Origin: an uncultured virus (IMG/VR IMGVR_UViG_3300025671_000040)
Lineage: Duplodnaviria > Heunggongvirae > Uroviricota > Caudoviricetes
Length of the DNA stretch: 59,926 nucleotides
IMG/VR virus record: IMGVR_UViG_3300025671_000040
Strand: one strand, 5' to 3'
How positions within the stretch are numbered: position 1 is the first letter of the stretch; every line of letters begins with the position of its first letter. The notes below the pieces were generated by a model. It had not been told where the DNA came from. It saw only the letters and a list, made by a program, of their open reading frames with translations, and ran no database searches. The translations under genes and the position numbers were made by a program. Below, in pieces: positions 16,843 to 26,338 of the stretch.

Positions 16843-19416
16843 TCACTTATCCAAATCAACTAAGAAGTCGCCAGGGTCACCATCAAAGATGGCAACATCT
16901 GGGACTTTCGCTCCAGCATACACTTCCTCGTACAGATTCCACAACGTGCGCCTATACCATTCTTCAGTTTGCTCTGTTTTAGGAATCCGCTCCATGGCCT
17001 CACGAAGACCTTCCATTACTTTAGCTTTTCTACGAGCATAATCCGTAGGATAATTCCACAGGCGGCGCTGCGCTTCCCACACAATAGACTGTACCTCACG
17101 AGGATTCAATCCATATTTCTCAGCTATCCGAATAGCTGCTTCCCTGGCTGCCCAATAGTTTCCATTGAACCCGCCCGACCCCGGCTTTGGTTTAAACGAA
17201 GTCTTCATTATCTCATCGTTGGAACCAATAAGCATCAACAGAGATGCGTTAAAATGGTGCGTGTCTGCAGTCAAACTCTTGAACCTAGTATCGTTAGGAT
17301 CAACAATGTTGTTATAGAAAGATCTAACTTTTGACTGCGTGCTCAAGTTATCAGTGATAAACCGCTGCACGAATTCCCCTGTACCCAAATCAGGATTCTC
17401 TTTATCTGCCTTAAGAATACGAGCAACTTTAGTCCAAGGATCATTTTCAGCATTAGCAGCATGAGAAGTAGTTCCCTTCGCTTTTTTCAAAACAAAAGAA
17501 AATGAGCCATCAGCGTTCGGAGACATTCCAACTTCTCGAATAACATCCCCATCCAAACCAAACGATTCTGAAGCTTTTAGAACTTTACCCAAAACAATAT
17601 CTGGCTGATCAGAAATTCTACCCGCCATATTTCCGCCCATAGACTCGACCCACTCGGCAGCTGTCGTGGTATTAAACACAGACAGTTCTTCTGTTAAGCG
17701 ATCAACACGGGCCTGTGCCGTTTTAACTGAAGCTAAATGCTTTTTCGCTCTACTCTTCTTCTGTTTTAACTCGCTTAATCTTTTTTGAGCAGCCATCAAC
17801 GAGTTTGCTTTTGTGGCAGCAGCGGACGCAAACATACGCTCCGCCACATCAGCCATAGGGGGATCTTCTTTAAAAATCCTAACAGCATTAATTGCCGAAG
17901 GTACATTGCGCTCCCAGGAAGTACCAGCAGACAAAACCGCCATTGCTGCTGCAGCGGTCTCTACCCGCACGCCATGCTTATCAGCCGTATTGTTAGCCAA
18001 ACGATTAGCCGCATCATACCAAACCTGCGTAAGTCTAGCATCATCAGTCAAATTGCCATCAGCATCAACCATGCTTCCACGCCGCATAGTTTCTTCAAGA
18101 TTAGCCTCCATGTGACCAATCACCCAATCAAGCTTCTCCTCATCAGAAGCATCAGGACCAATTCCAGCATTCTCCATCAAATCATTTAGATGCGGATAGC
18201 CTTTAAAAATATCCGCAACAATAGACTTGCGTTCAGCATCAGTAACATCAGCAAGACGTTGAGTCTCTGCAGCAACTCTGGGAGTAGCACCCGGATTTCC
18301 TACGACAACACCCGCACGTTCTCTAGCCGCATCACCACGAAGCAAACCAACAATCTCATCCGCATCAGCCTGCCTCAAAGTAATAAGCCGATCCGTAACA
18401 GAATCCTGCTTACCACGCATCGTATCATAATCCGAAGTAGGTAAACGACCAGTATCAGCCATAAACCGTTTAACCCCAACAGAGTTACCCTGCTCCGACA
18501 ACTCCGCAACCAACGAAGTAACCGACGCCGCAACCTCATCAGCACGGCCATCATCCAAACGGCGACGCAACTCAACAACAGCAGGATGATTCGACTCAGA
18601 AGCCTTTTCAAGGAAATCAGCAAGCGCCTCTTGATCTCTCAAATTCACGCCATCAACCAAAACACCCGAATGCGAAACCGGATGCAAACTCATCCCATCA
18701 TCATCCGAAGAACCCATAATGTCCAAAGGACTCCGAGACGGATTAGACAAAACAAAATCCATCAAAGCCAAACGAACCACATCATCAGTATCCGCCTGCG
18801 ACACACTCATCTCCGGACGCAAATCACGAGTATCCCCAACCACAACCGAATCAGGCATCTCCATCAAAACCGCAAACGAACCATTCTCCCCAACGTTACT
18901 AGCCACACGCATACGGCCCTGAGCAAAACCAAACTCCTCAGCAACACGAGAAGCCAAAATCTCTACACGGCCAGCATCTTCCAAAGCATCCTCACCATCA
19001 TGATGCTTCAAACCATACACCACGCCAGTAGACGTATCCCGAAACTTCAACATACCGTCCGGAGTTGTACGATCCGCAATAACCTCAAACCGGCCACCAC
19101 CATCAGCAATATCCCGAACAATCGTTTCACCTAAAAACTCGTCAGGCACCGCAGACAACGAACCGCCATCAACAACATGATAAACCGCCGACTCAACATC
19201 ACCAATCGACGTATTTCCGTTCTCTCTACTAACAACCGTGGGCGCACCAGTAACCACACGCTTCGGATCAAGATCAGAACGATAATCTGGATTATACCGC
19301 TGCGCCACACCATTAGGGGTACGTGGACGAGTAGGATGAACTTCGCAGAACATCTTCTCAGCAATCTGTTCAATTATTTTGTTAGTAATAAAACTCTGTG
19401 TAGAAAAATCAGACAT
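16843..19416 (-). CDS. Multidomain protein: degenerate HipA/PI3-4-kinase-like domain plus C-terminal DUF7178-like (HhH-glycosylase-like) domain
   Basis: YGLK..EILASRVAEEFG..LMDFVLSNPSRSPLDIM..LHPVSHS; WYDAA..AMAVLS...SWERN..KVRSFYNNI..TADTH..PREVQSIVW. Confidence 0.65.
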   Translation of the reverse strand: MSDFSTQSFITNKIIEQIAEKMFCEVHPTRPRTPNGVAQRYNPDYRSDLDPKRVVTGAPTVVSRENGNTSIGDVESAVYHVVDGGSLSAVPDEFLGETIVRDIADGGGRFEVIADRTTPDGMLKFRDTSTGVVYGLKHHDGEDALEDAGRVEILASRVAEEFGFAQGRMRVASNVGENGSFAVLMEMPDSVVVGDTRDLRPEMSVSQADTDDVVRLALMDFVLSNPSRSPLDIMGSSDDDGMSLHPVSHSGVLVDGVNLRDQEALADFLEKASESNHPAVVELRRRLDDGRADEVAASVTSLVAELSEQGNSVGVKRFMADTGRLPTSDYDTMRGKQDSVTDRLITLRQADADEIVGLLRGDAARERAGVVVGNPGATPRVAAETQRLADVTDAERKSIVADIFKGYPHLNDLMENAGIGPDASDEEKLDWVIGHMEANLEETMRRGSMVDADGNLTDDARLTQVWYDAANRLANNTADKHGVRVETAAAAMAVLSAGTSWERNVPSAINAVRIFKEDPPMADVAERMFASAAATKANSLMAAQKRLSELKQKKSRAKKHLASVKTAQARVDRLTEELSVFNTTTAAEWVESMGGNMAGRISDQPDIVLGKVLKASESFGLDGDVIREVGMSPNADGSFSFVLKKAKGTTSHAANAENDPWTKVARILKADKENPDLGTGEFVQRFITDNLSTQSKVRSFYNNIVDPNDTRFKSLTADTHHFNASLLMLIGSNDEIMKTSFKPKPGSGGFNGNYWAAREAAIRIAEKYGLNPREVQSIVWEAQRRLWNYPTDYARRKAKVMEGLREAMERIPKTEQTEEWYRRTLWNLYEEVYAGAKVPDVAIFDGDPGDFLVDLDK

Positions 19417-19417
19417 A

Positions 19418-22400
19418 CTAACACCCTATCTCGTTAATGTCTGCCGAAGAAAGATCAATAACACCTTCATCAATAGTAAAATCACCAAGCTTCTGATTGC
19501 TTCTATCTGCATAACTACCCAAAGCATTAATCTCATCAACAGATGTTATTCTACTAACAGAACCTGCCGGAATGAAGTCATTGACTTCATCCATCAAAGC
19601 GAGGGCCTCAGCATTGTTAAATGATAGATAAGAGTCTTTGAACAACTTCACAACGTGGCCCTCATGCTTGCTGCCAGTCTTAGCCCGCAAAGCTTGTACG
19701 AATTCAGGATACTGCGCCCAGTCTTTAAATTTATCATCACCGAGCTGCAAATTTTGATTCAGTAGCGAGGCTACACGATCTCGCTTACTGTCGTCTCCGT
19801 CGAAAACCAGCAACGCAGTAATCTGGTAACGAGACAACGACTGGCCTTTATCTATAGCGTCTTTAGCCCCGTCATAATTCTTAACCAAATCCCTAAACGC
19901 TAAATTCAAATTTTTAATCTTATACTCTGTGTTAGAACGGACACCTTTCTTCGGCCAAACATATTTACCGTCCCAACCCACATCAAGATTATGATTTTCT
20001 TTAAAGCCCGCAGCAAACGCCATGCCCAAATATCTAGCGTTGAGCAAATCAGAAATTCCACGCTTTCTATTGTCCAGCTTTAGAATACTGCCATCAGGTA
20101 AGGGCACTGAAAAAGGAAACTCTGGATCATCTCTACTGTTTACAACCACATAGTCGTGCTGTACGCTATAACTTCCATCAGATGAGAAAGCTAAAGTACG
20201 TACCACATTACCCGTGGGGCTGACCTTCTGACGAGTTAACTCATTTCCGTCCTCATCAAATACCGTCACATACAGATCAGAAACCAAACCCAATTCATCG
20301 AATGTGGAGATATAAACACTGTCTGCATTTGACACGTTATCAATCTCAACCATTACTGGTCTATCGTCATCTGTTCTAGCATCATACGCAGCTACGATCG
20401 TACGCTTGCTACGATCTTTAGCACCCTTTGGATCAGACGCATTTAAAAGCTTCAACGCCCACTCGCCTAGCTTTCCTTCAGACTGAAGCCGATATAAAGT
20501 GTCATAAGGTGTTTCGCCCGGAAGCGAAACATCATATTCCTCTGGTGTTAGCCCCGAAAGCCCCAACGTCAGAATTCCCTGCGTGCTTGCTTTCTTCCTT
20601 TCCCGGATAGCAACCTGCCAGACAGGAACATCGTTTGGTCCAGGCAGCAAATCAGGGTCATTCACAACATAATTAATTTTTCCAGCAACATCGCCTATTG
20701 TTTTGGCACGGGCATCTCTAAATTCTGTTTTGAAAGCAATCAAAGCCGCCAAATTTTGTTCTGCGCCGTCCACCCCATACAAGTTATCAATAGACATCTG
20801 CAAAGATGCCATAGCGACCACAAACTCACGATCGCTAATACTTCTGACAAGTCTCTCAATATCTCGATCGTTATCTAAGAACTGACTATACAATCTGTCC
20901 AGATCCTCGCCCGCTCTGGACATGTTTGAGCTAACACGCTGCAGTTCAAAACCACGCTTCATATGAGAGATCGTGTCTTTCAGAACTCTTTCAGTCACTG
21001 CTTTATCTTCTGCCGAATAAGTTAATCCAGCAGCATCAGCACGCCTAAACATATCATTAATCATGGCATCAGCAACTGATTCATACATGCTCACGTTGTG
21101 TATATCCTTAACAGAACGTCCCAACATTCTCTCAAGCTCTTTTTCCATAACAACGTTCTTAGTGAAAAGATCGTACGCATCGCCTTCCGAAGCATTTAAC
21201 TGAGCGTAAACACGATCAACCATACGTGCCGCATAATCTTCAACATTATCAAGATACTCGTTTTCTGAAGTAGACAAGATGAGGTAAATCAAAGCCTCTT
21301 CAGATCTTTCAGAACTTGGGCGATCCAACTGACCTAACTCTCGCCTTCTTCTATCTGCCGTTAAATTGTAAATGGTGTCATACGCCATGCTTAACATTCT
21401 ACGATCCGGGCCGTATCCTTCAGTCTCAGCAATCCGCCCTAACGCATAAGACAAATACGAGTACTCTTCCAAAGAAAGACTATCCGGATCCTCACCAACT
21501 TTCGCCACATACTTCGACACCTGATTTACCATGGCATCACGGAACTGCTCCTGCGTAAGCCCCAACCTGCGATCTTCCTCATCAGTCTCGGGCATCGGTA
21601 ACTGGTCAAGCAGATCAGCATAATCAACCATGCTTGCCACATCCCACAAACCGTCTTGATCGTTCAAATCTATCAAAGCTTCAATGCGTTCTTCTGCACG
21701 CTCACCTACAGACAGGGCCGTCACACCCTCTTCTGCGACTTCATCAACCGTAGTCGCTACACGTCGATTCTCTGCAATACCAACAAGACGACCAGCAAAC
21801 TCATCAATATCGCTATCAAGTCGAGCAGCAGACTCCAAACCCGGCGACCGAATGCCGTAAAAATCTAGATACGCCTGACGCTGCGCCTCAACCGTGGCGA
21901 TATCCTGCAACCGTGAAGCCAACGCCTCCCAAGACGGCTCATCCAACTCATCAGCCCCACTAAACTGAACACGACGCAAAGCAGCAGATAAATCATTACC
22001 GATGTTATCCAAAGCTGCACGCACATCATCAGTCAACGGAGGCATATTCACAGGAGTCAGCCTATCCAACTGATCAACAGGAGGAAGCCGCTCTGACAAC
22101 TTATCAAAGTCAGCAATAACCTCATCGAAAGCAGCCTGAGTCTCAAAGACACCTTGCCTGAAACTTCCCTCTTCGATATCATCTACAATGACACCAGCCA
22201 AGCGACCTGAGCCGGGTCTGTTGCGGGCAAACTTACCACGAGCATCCTGCAAATTACCCAAGCTTAACATCGTGGAAGACCTCAAACTACGGCCACAAGT
22301 AGTGCCACGCATATTCGTTAACTGACCGCCCCCAGTAAAACCAGGGGGACAACGATAACGACTGATCGACGGATCAAAGAACGCTAATGCCGAAGCAAAC

Positions 22401-24241
22401 CCGCCCAACGCCCGACGCAAAGGAACACCGCCAGGACGGACACGCTTAAAGTTCACCCCGCCCAAATACGCCTGATCCTTATAGGCATCTATCTTAAACG
22501 CAATATCCGCCTGATACTCTTTATAGAGTGTATCGGGTTGGACCGCCTTTGCGGTTATGAAAAAAGGGTTTACGGACTTGCCCTCCGGAACAAGCTCAAA
22601 GATCGGATCGTCCTTAGCACGACGTGGTGCAGAACGAGACAAAAACGTTTCATAAACCCACTGAGGAACCTGACGAACCGTGCCCCCCGGCCCCTGTACT
22701 TTAACTAGTTTGTTGTCGGCCTGTTCAACATTAAAGCGGCCCTGCTCATTAAGATTGCCGAACTCGACAACGAACTTACCGCCAGAATCGTCAGCAAACC
22801 CTCGCAGACCGGCAGTCGGATCCGGAAGATCAGCATCACGAGAAATGCGAGTAGGTAGAGTACGACTTAAAGACGCACGATCTGCAGGACTAAGCTCACC
22901 GCCCTCTCTACCGAAACGAACAACACCGACCTCAGGAATCGCAAAGTACACATCCCTAAAGCCCGCATTGATAGACTGAACAGCCTCAACGATTTCAGGA
23001 GAATCAAACGAAGCATCAGGATTCTTGATAATCAACGAGCCGTCCACAACATCGTCAAAGTCGCCGGTCTGATTAGCGAAGAAACTCAAACCTGCAACAG
23101 GCTCAAGAATAACACCATCTCGTTTAGAAACCCGAATGCTCCAACGATCATCATCAATAGCGTTCAGAACCGTGTTAACACCAGCGGCACGAGCAGTGAC
23201 ATTGACTTTCTTCGGAGTGGTCGGAATCTGGGCAGCACGAATAAAGACGCCAGGATTTCTTTGAGAGCGCAAATCGCCAATACTCGAAATAAGTTCAGCG
23301 TTTCTAGCTAACCTAGCCAGCGCCCGACCCGTACCACCGATGAGAGATCCCGGACCAACCCCCGGAATACCCAAAACCTGGGCACCACAAGTACTGAAAC
23401 GACGATCAGTGAACGTACCGCCATTCTCAAACCCAGGCGGACAACGGAACCGGTTACGGGCACCACGACCCGAACGGCCCAATAAGCGACGACCAGCGCC
23501 CGCCAAACGACGGCCACGACCGCTACCTCCACCCGGAGTTAGCGCACGATAAATCCCTGAACGCACAGGACTTCTGACAACACTAACATTGCCAGGAAGA
23601 GCACTGGAGCCGACAGCCTGAGCTACCTGACCAAAGCGACTGTTAGAACCAAACAAGCCTACACGCTTAACAGAAAACTCATCATGCTCAACAGCAATTG
23701 GTGTATCCAAATACTGCCTAAAAATAGCAGCCTTCATATCAACAACATTCTGACGACCCGCAATCGGCTGAACCAAAATGCCGCCATAAGCACGAGACTC
23801 GCTCACAGCATAACGCAAAGAAGAACCAGAATACTCTGGCTGACTCAAATCAACAGACTTTGCTTTTCGAGCAGCAGAACGAACACGACGAGTCAACTTG
23901 CCACGCCGCTTCCGGTTCCCCTTACCAGCGCCACGCTTACCCTTGCCCTCATTCGGCCACTTACCAGTCAACTCGTGGTGAAGCCAAGCACAAATACGCT
24001 GCGGCTTACCACCAAACTGCGGCTTGTCCATCAAAATAACGACACACCGACGAAAGCCACCCGGCTTCTTCATGATCGGACGCCAATACTTCAGCAGATC
24101 TTCAAGATTGCCACGACGAGGACCACGGCCACGAGTTAAAGCAGTTAACTGGTCGGCGTTAGGCCCAATTTCAGGACCAACCTTAGAAAAATAAGGTCCG
24201 ATTTCAGGAGTTTCAGTTTCCATCATCAGAAGCCTTTCCAT
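19418..24241 (-). CDS. 1607-aa head-module protein with N-terminal Cys/His domain, two RCPPG..GG..T..CG repeats and a C-terminal GNAT-like domain
   Basis: PGGFRRCV..CAWLHHELTGKWP; RFRCPPGFENGGTFTDRRFSTCG and RYRCPPGFTGGGQLTNMRGTTCG; NRKRGISDLL..GWDGKYVWPKKG. Confidence 0.7.
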   Translation of the reverse strand: MERLLMMETETPEIGPYFSKVGPEIGPNADQLTALTRGRGPRRGNLEDLLKYWRPIMKKPGGFRRCVVILMDKPQFGGKPQRICAWLHHELTGKWPNEGKGKRGAGKGNRKRRGKLTRRVRSAARKAKSVDLSQPEYSGSSLRYAVSESRAYGGILVQPIAGRQNVVDMKAAIFRQYLDTPIAVEHDEFSVKRVGLFGSNSRFGQVAQAVGSSALPGNVSVVRSPVRSGIYRALTPGGGSGRGRRLAGAGRRLLGRSGRGARNRFRCPPGFENGGTFTDRRFSTCGAQVLGIPGVGPGSLIGGTGRALARLARNAELISSIGDLRSQRNPGVFIRAAQIPTTPKKVNVTARAAGVNTVLNAIDDDRWSIRVSKRDGVILEPVAGLSFFANQTGDFDDVVDGSLIIKNPDASFDSPEIVEAVQSINAGFRDVYFAIPEVGVVRFGREGGELSPADRASLSRTLPTRISRDADLPDPTAGLRGFADDSGGKFVVEFGNLNEQGRFNVEQADNKLVKVQGPGGTVRQVPQWVYETFLSRSAPRRAKDDPIFELVPEGKSVNPFFITAKAVQPDTLYKEYQADIAFKIDAYKDQAYLGGVNFKRVRPGGVPLRRALGGFASALAFFDPSISRYRCPPGFTGGGQLTNMRGTTCGRSLRSSTMLSLGNLQDARGKFARNRPGSGRLAGVIVDDIEEGSFRQGVFETQAAFDEVIADFDKLSERLPPVDQLDRLTPVNMPPLTDDVRAALDNIGNDLSAALRRVQFSGADELDEPSWEALASRLQDIATVEAQRQAYLDFYGIRSPGLESAARLDSDIDEFAGRLVGIAENRRVATTVDEVAEEGVTALSVGERAEERIEALIDLNDQDGLWDVASMVDYADLLDQLPMPETDEEDRRLGLTQEQFRDAMVNQVSKYVAKVGEDPDSLSLEEYSYLSYALGRIAETEGYGPDRRMLSMAYDTIYNLTADRRRRELGQLDRPSSERSEEALIYLILSTSENEYLDNVEDYAARMVDRVYAQLNASEGDAYDLFTKNVVMEKELERMLGRSVKDIHNVSMYESVADAMINDMFRRADAAGLTYSAEDKAVTERVLKDTISHMKRGFELQRVSSNMSRAGEDLDRLYSQFLDNDRDIERLVRSISDREFVVAMASLQMSIDNLYGVDGAEQNLAALIAFKTEFRDARAKTIGDVAGKINYVVNDPDLLPGPNDVPVWQVAIRERKKASTQGILTLGLSGLTPEEYDVSLPGETPYDTLYRLQSEGKLGEWALKLLNASDPKGAKDRSKRTIVAAYDARTDDDRPVMVEIDNVSNADSVYISTFDELGLVSDLYVTVFDEDGNELTRQKVSPTGNVVRTLAFSSDGSYSVQHDYVVVNSRDDPEFPFSVPLPDGSILKLDNRKRGISDLLNARYLGMAFAAGFKENHNLDVGWDGKYVWPKKGVRSNTEYKIKNLNLAFRDLVKNYDGAKDAIDKGQSLSRYQITALLVFDGDDSKRDRVASLLNQNLQLGDDKFKDWAQYPEFVQALRAKTGSKHEGHVVKLFKDSYLSFNNAEALALMDEVNDFIPAGSVSRITSVDEINALGSYADRSNQKLGDFTIDEGVIDLSSADINEIGC

Positions 24242-24404
24242 CGTCCAAGGGAACGTACTCTACAAGCACATCATCCTGATAAAAGTATTTTACCGTATCT
24301 TTGTGCCAACTATCGCCTACAACAGCATTGCTGCCTACATTAAATAATGCCTCATTTGCCTGACTGATCACTTGCTCTAAGCGAGCGGGTCTCATAAGCT
24401 GCAA
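24213..24404 (-). CDS. Hypothetical protein
   Basis: 63-aa ORF filling the gap in the operon; start uncertain. Confidence 0.45.
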   Translation of the reverse strand: MQLMRPARLEQVISQANEALFNVGSNAVVGDSWHKDTVKYFYQDDVLVEYVPLDDGKASDDGN

Positions 24405-24415
24405 CCCCTTCCGGA

Positions 24416-26308
24416 TCAGGCCAAATCTTCACCATCGAGCATGTTCTGGAATTCGGCCAAAGCGTTGATAAGCTCAACGTCTTCTTCCTTCTCCGCAGGC
24501 GCATCAGCCTCCGCTTCAGGTGCCTCTGGCTCTTCCTCGTTCCAATCCGCAGGAATCATGTCTTCCTTGCCAAGCTCCTTAGCACGCTTCATGATGTGCT
24601 CCTTAGCCGCAGCCTTATCCTTGGCACGACCGTAAGCCTGGATAGCGTTATCCAGATCCGCAGCATCAGCAATTGGGAAAGAACCGTCAGGAAGAGCGTC
24701 GCCAGACTCAGCCATGGCCTCACGCTGTTCACGAGAGTACATGCGCTTGATCTCAAGCTCAGCCTCAAGAGCCTTCAGTTCATCTTCCTCGTCCATGTCG
24801 TAGTCGAAAGGATTCTCAACTTCGTACTCATCGAAGCCAAGGACCTTGCCCTCAGGAGAAACGAACACATCGTAGCTCTTCTCGTTGGTATCAACCTCAA
24901 CGACGTACACGTCCTGATTAGCAAACACATCGACCAGAACGCCCATCACGTCGCCCTTGATGTCGAGATCCTCAAGAGCCTTAACGGCAGCGTCTTCGGC
25001 GTCGGCCTGAGATACAATGTCCTGCATCTCACCAGACTTGGCATCCATCTCATCTTCATCAATACGCAGCCAGCCCATCTCCTCGCCCTCGCCGGACAGG
25101 AAGACCTGAATGCACGAACCATCGGCACGCTTCACATCGACAACGAAAATGTCGTCTGCTGTTGAGTAACCAGAACCAACAATCTCTGAACCTTGATGTA
25201 GTGACTTGACCTGGGACTCAATATCTCCTAAACCGGGGAGATCTTCGGTAGGCATACACCCTCCTTGACAAAACTCGCATGGTTGATTAACTGACTTACG
25301 GCTAAATCCGCACAGGAAGTCATCTGACTTCATGCCCTCTGCGGGCATTCCTGCAGGAGCATCTTCCTGTGCCTGCTGCTGAGCAGCCTGCCGAGCTTCA
25401 CGAGCAGCTTCAGCCTGTTCGGCTTCACGCTCTTTCTTGGCAGCCATTTCTTTCTTGCTCAGATCCATCCACTCATCGTGGGAAGCGCAAGGCATGAACA
25501 TCTTACCTGCACGGTGCATGCCTTCGCAACCAAGAGCTTCAGCACGTTCCATCGCTTCTTCAGCAGTTTCAAATACGTCTTCAACAGCGTTCTCGTCTTC
25601 TGCCTTCCGCATAGCGTTCAGCTCAAGGGGACTGCGACGACGATAGCGTCTACCATAGCCCTTGCTGGTGCCCTCTTCGTAAACATCGACAGCCTCAAAA
25701 GCTCCCTTAGCGTCTTCGTCAAGACCATCGTAGTCTTCATCGGAAACTAGCTCACCGTCTTCCATCATTTCCTTAAACCGAGAGTCGGTCAAGAAAATTG
25801 AAGGCTTGTCACTCTTAGGCGCACGCATCATTGACATGATGACTGCGGCCTTTTCGCTCACATCATCATCTTCGTCGTCTTCGGCGTCTTCGTCGGCTTC
25901 TTCTTCGTCGGCTTCCTCGCCATCTTCGTCGGCTTCCTCGCCATCTTCGTCGGCTTCCTCGGCGTCCTCGTCATCCTCGTCATCCTCGTCCGCCTCATCA
26001 GCTTCGTCTTCGTCAGCCTCGTCCTCGTCATCTTCTGACTTGAAACGGAACATCCAACCCATAGGAGTATCACCCTTCTCGTCCATGACAAGAACCTTCT
26101 CCATGAGCAGCTGATCTTCTTCAGAAAGCTCAGCAAACTCCTCTTCAGAAATTAGCTCACCAGCATCCTGCATCTCCTTGAAACGGATATCGGTCATGAA
26201 AACAGAAGGCGCACCCTTCTCGTCCTCATGCATGCCCTTCTCTTCACCGTCCAGCATCGCCTGAATTTCTTCAAACTTCTGAAGGTCTTCGTTAAGATTT
26301 TCACTCAT
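24416..26308 (-). CDS. Acidic scaffold-like head protein with internal repeat, DUF3721-like, Cys4, PepSY-like and DUF6582-like modules
   Basis: D/E tract; duplicated PSxFxTDxRFKEM; GCEGMH..FMPC; CGF..CEFCQGGC; VSQADAEDAA..VYVVEV..YDVFVSPEGKVL; ALPDGSFPI; directly after the protease; SD AGGAG. Confidence 0.75.
   Translation of the reverse strand: MSENLNEDLQKFEEIQAMLDGEEKGMHEDEKGAPSVFMTDIRFKEMQDAGELISEEEFAELSEEDQLLMEKVLVMDEKGDTPMGWMFRFKSEDDEDEADEDEADEADEDDEDDEDAEEADEDGEEADEDGEEADEEEADEDAEDDEDDDVSEKAAVIMSMMRAPKSDKPSIFLTDSRFKEMMEDGELVSDEDYDGLDEDAKGAFEAVDVYEEGTSKGYGRRYRRRSPLELNAMRKAEDENAVEDVFETAEEAMERAEALGCEGMHRAGKMFMPCASHDEWMDLSKKEMAAKKEREAEQAEAAREARQAAQQQAQEDAPAGMPAEGMKSDDFLCGFSRKSVNQPCEFCQGGCMPTEDLPGLGDIESQVKSLHQGSEIVGSGYSTADDIFVVDVKRADGSCIQVFLSGEGEEMGWLRIDEDEMDAKSGEMQDIVSQADAEDAAVKALEDLDIKGDVMGVLVDVFANQDVYVVEVDTNEKSYDVFVSPEGKVLGFDEYEVENPFDYDMDEEDELKALEAELEIKRMYSREQREAMAESGDALPDGSFPIADAADLDNAIQAYGRAKDKAAAKEHIMKRAKELGKEDMIPADWNEEEPEAPEAEADAPAEKEEDVELINALAEFQNMLDGEDLA
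25902..25961. repeat. 21-bp in-frame tandem repeat (~2.9 copies) encoding GEEADED
   Basis: tcttcgtcggcttcctcgcca repeated. Confidence 0.8.
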
Positions 26309-26338
26309 TATAAACTCCTAAATCCTTTATAGAGTATC

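Noticed and set aside
25806..26136. Ser-rich and Thr/Lys/Met-rich ORFs
   Set aside because: Alternative frames of the acidic repeat in the 630-aa gene.
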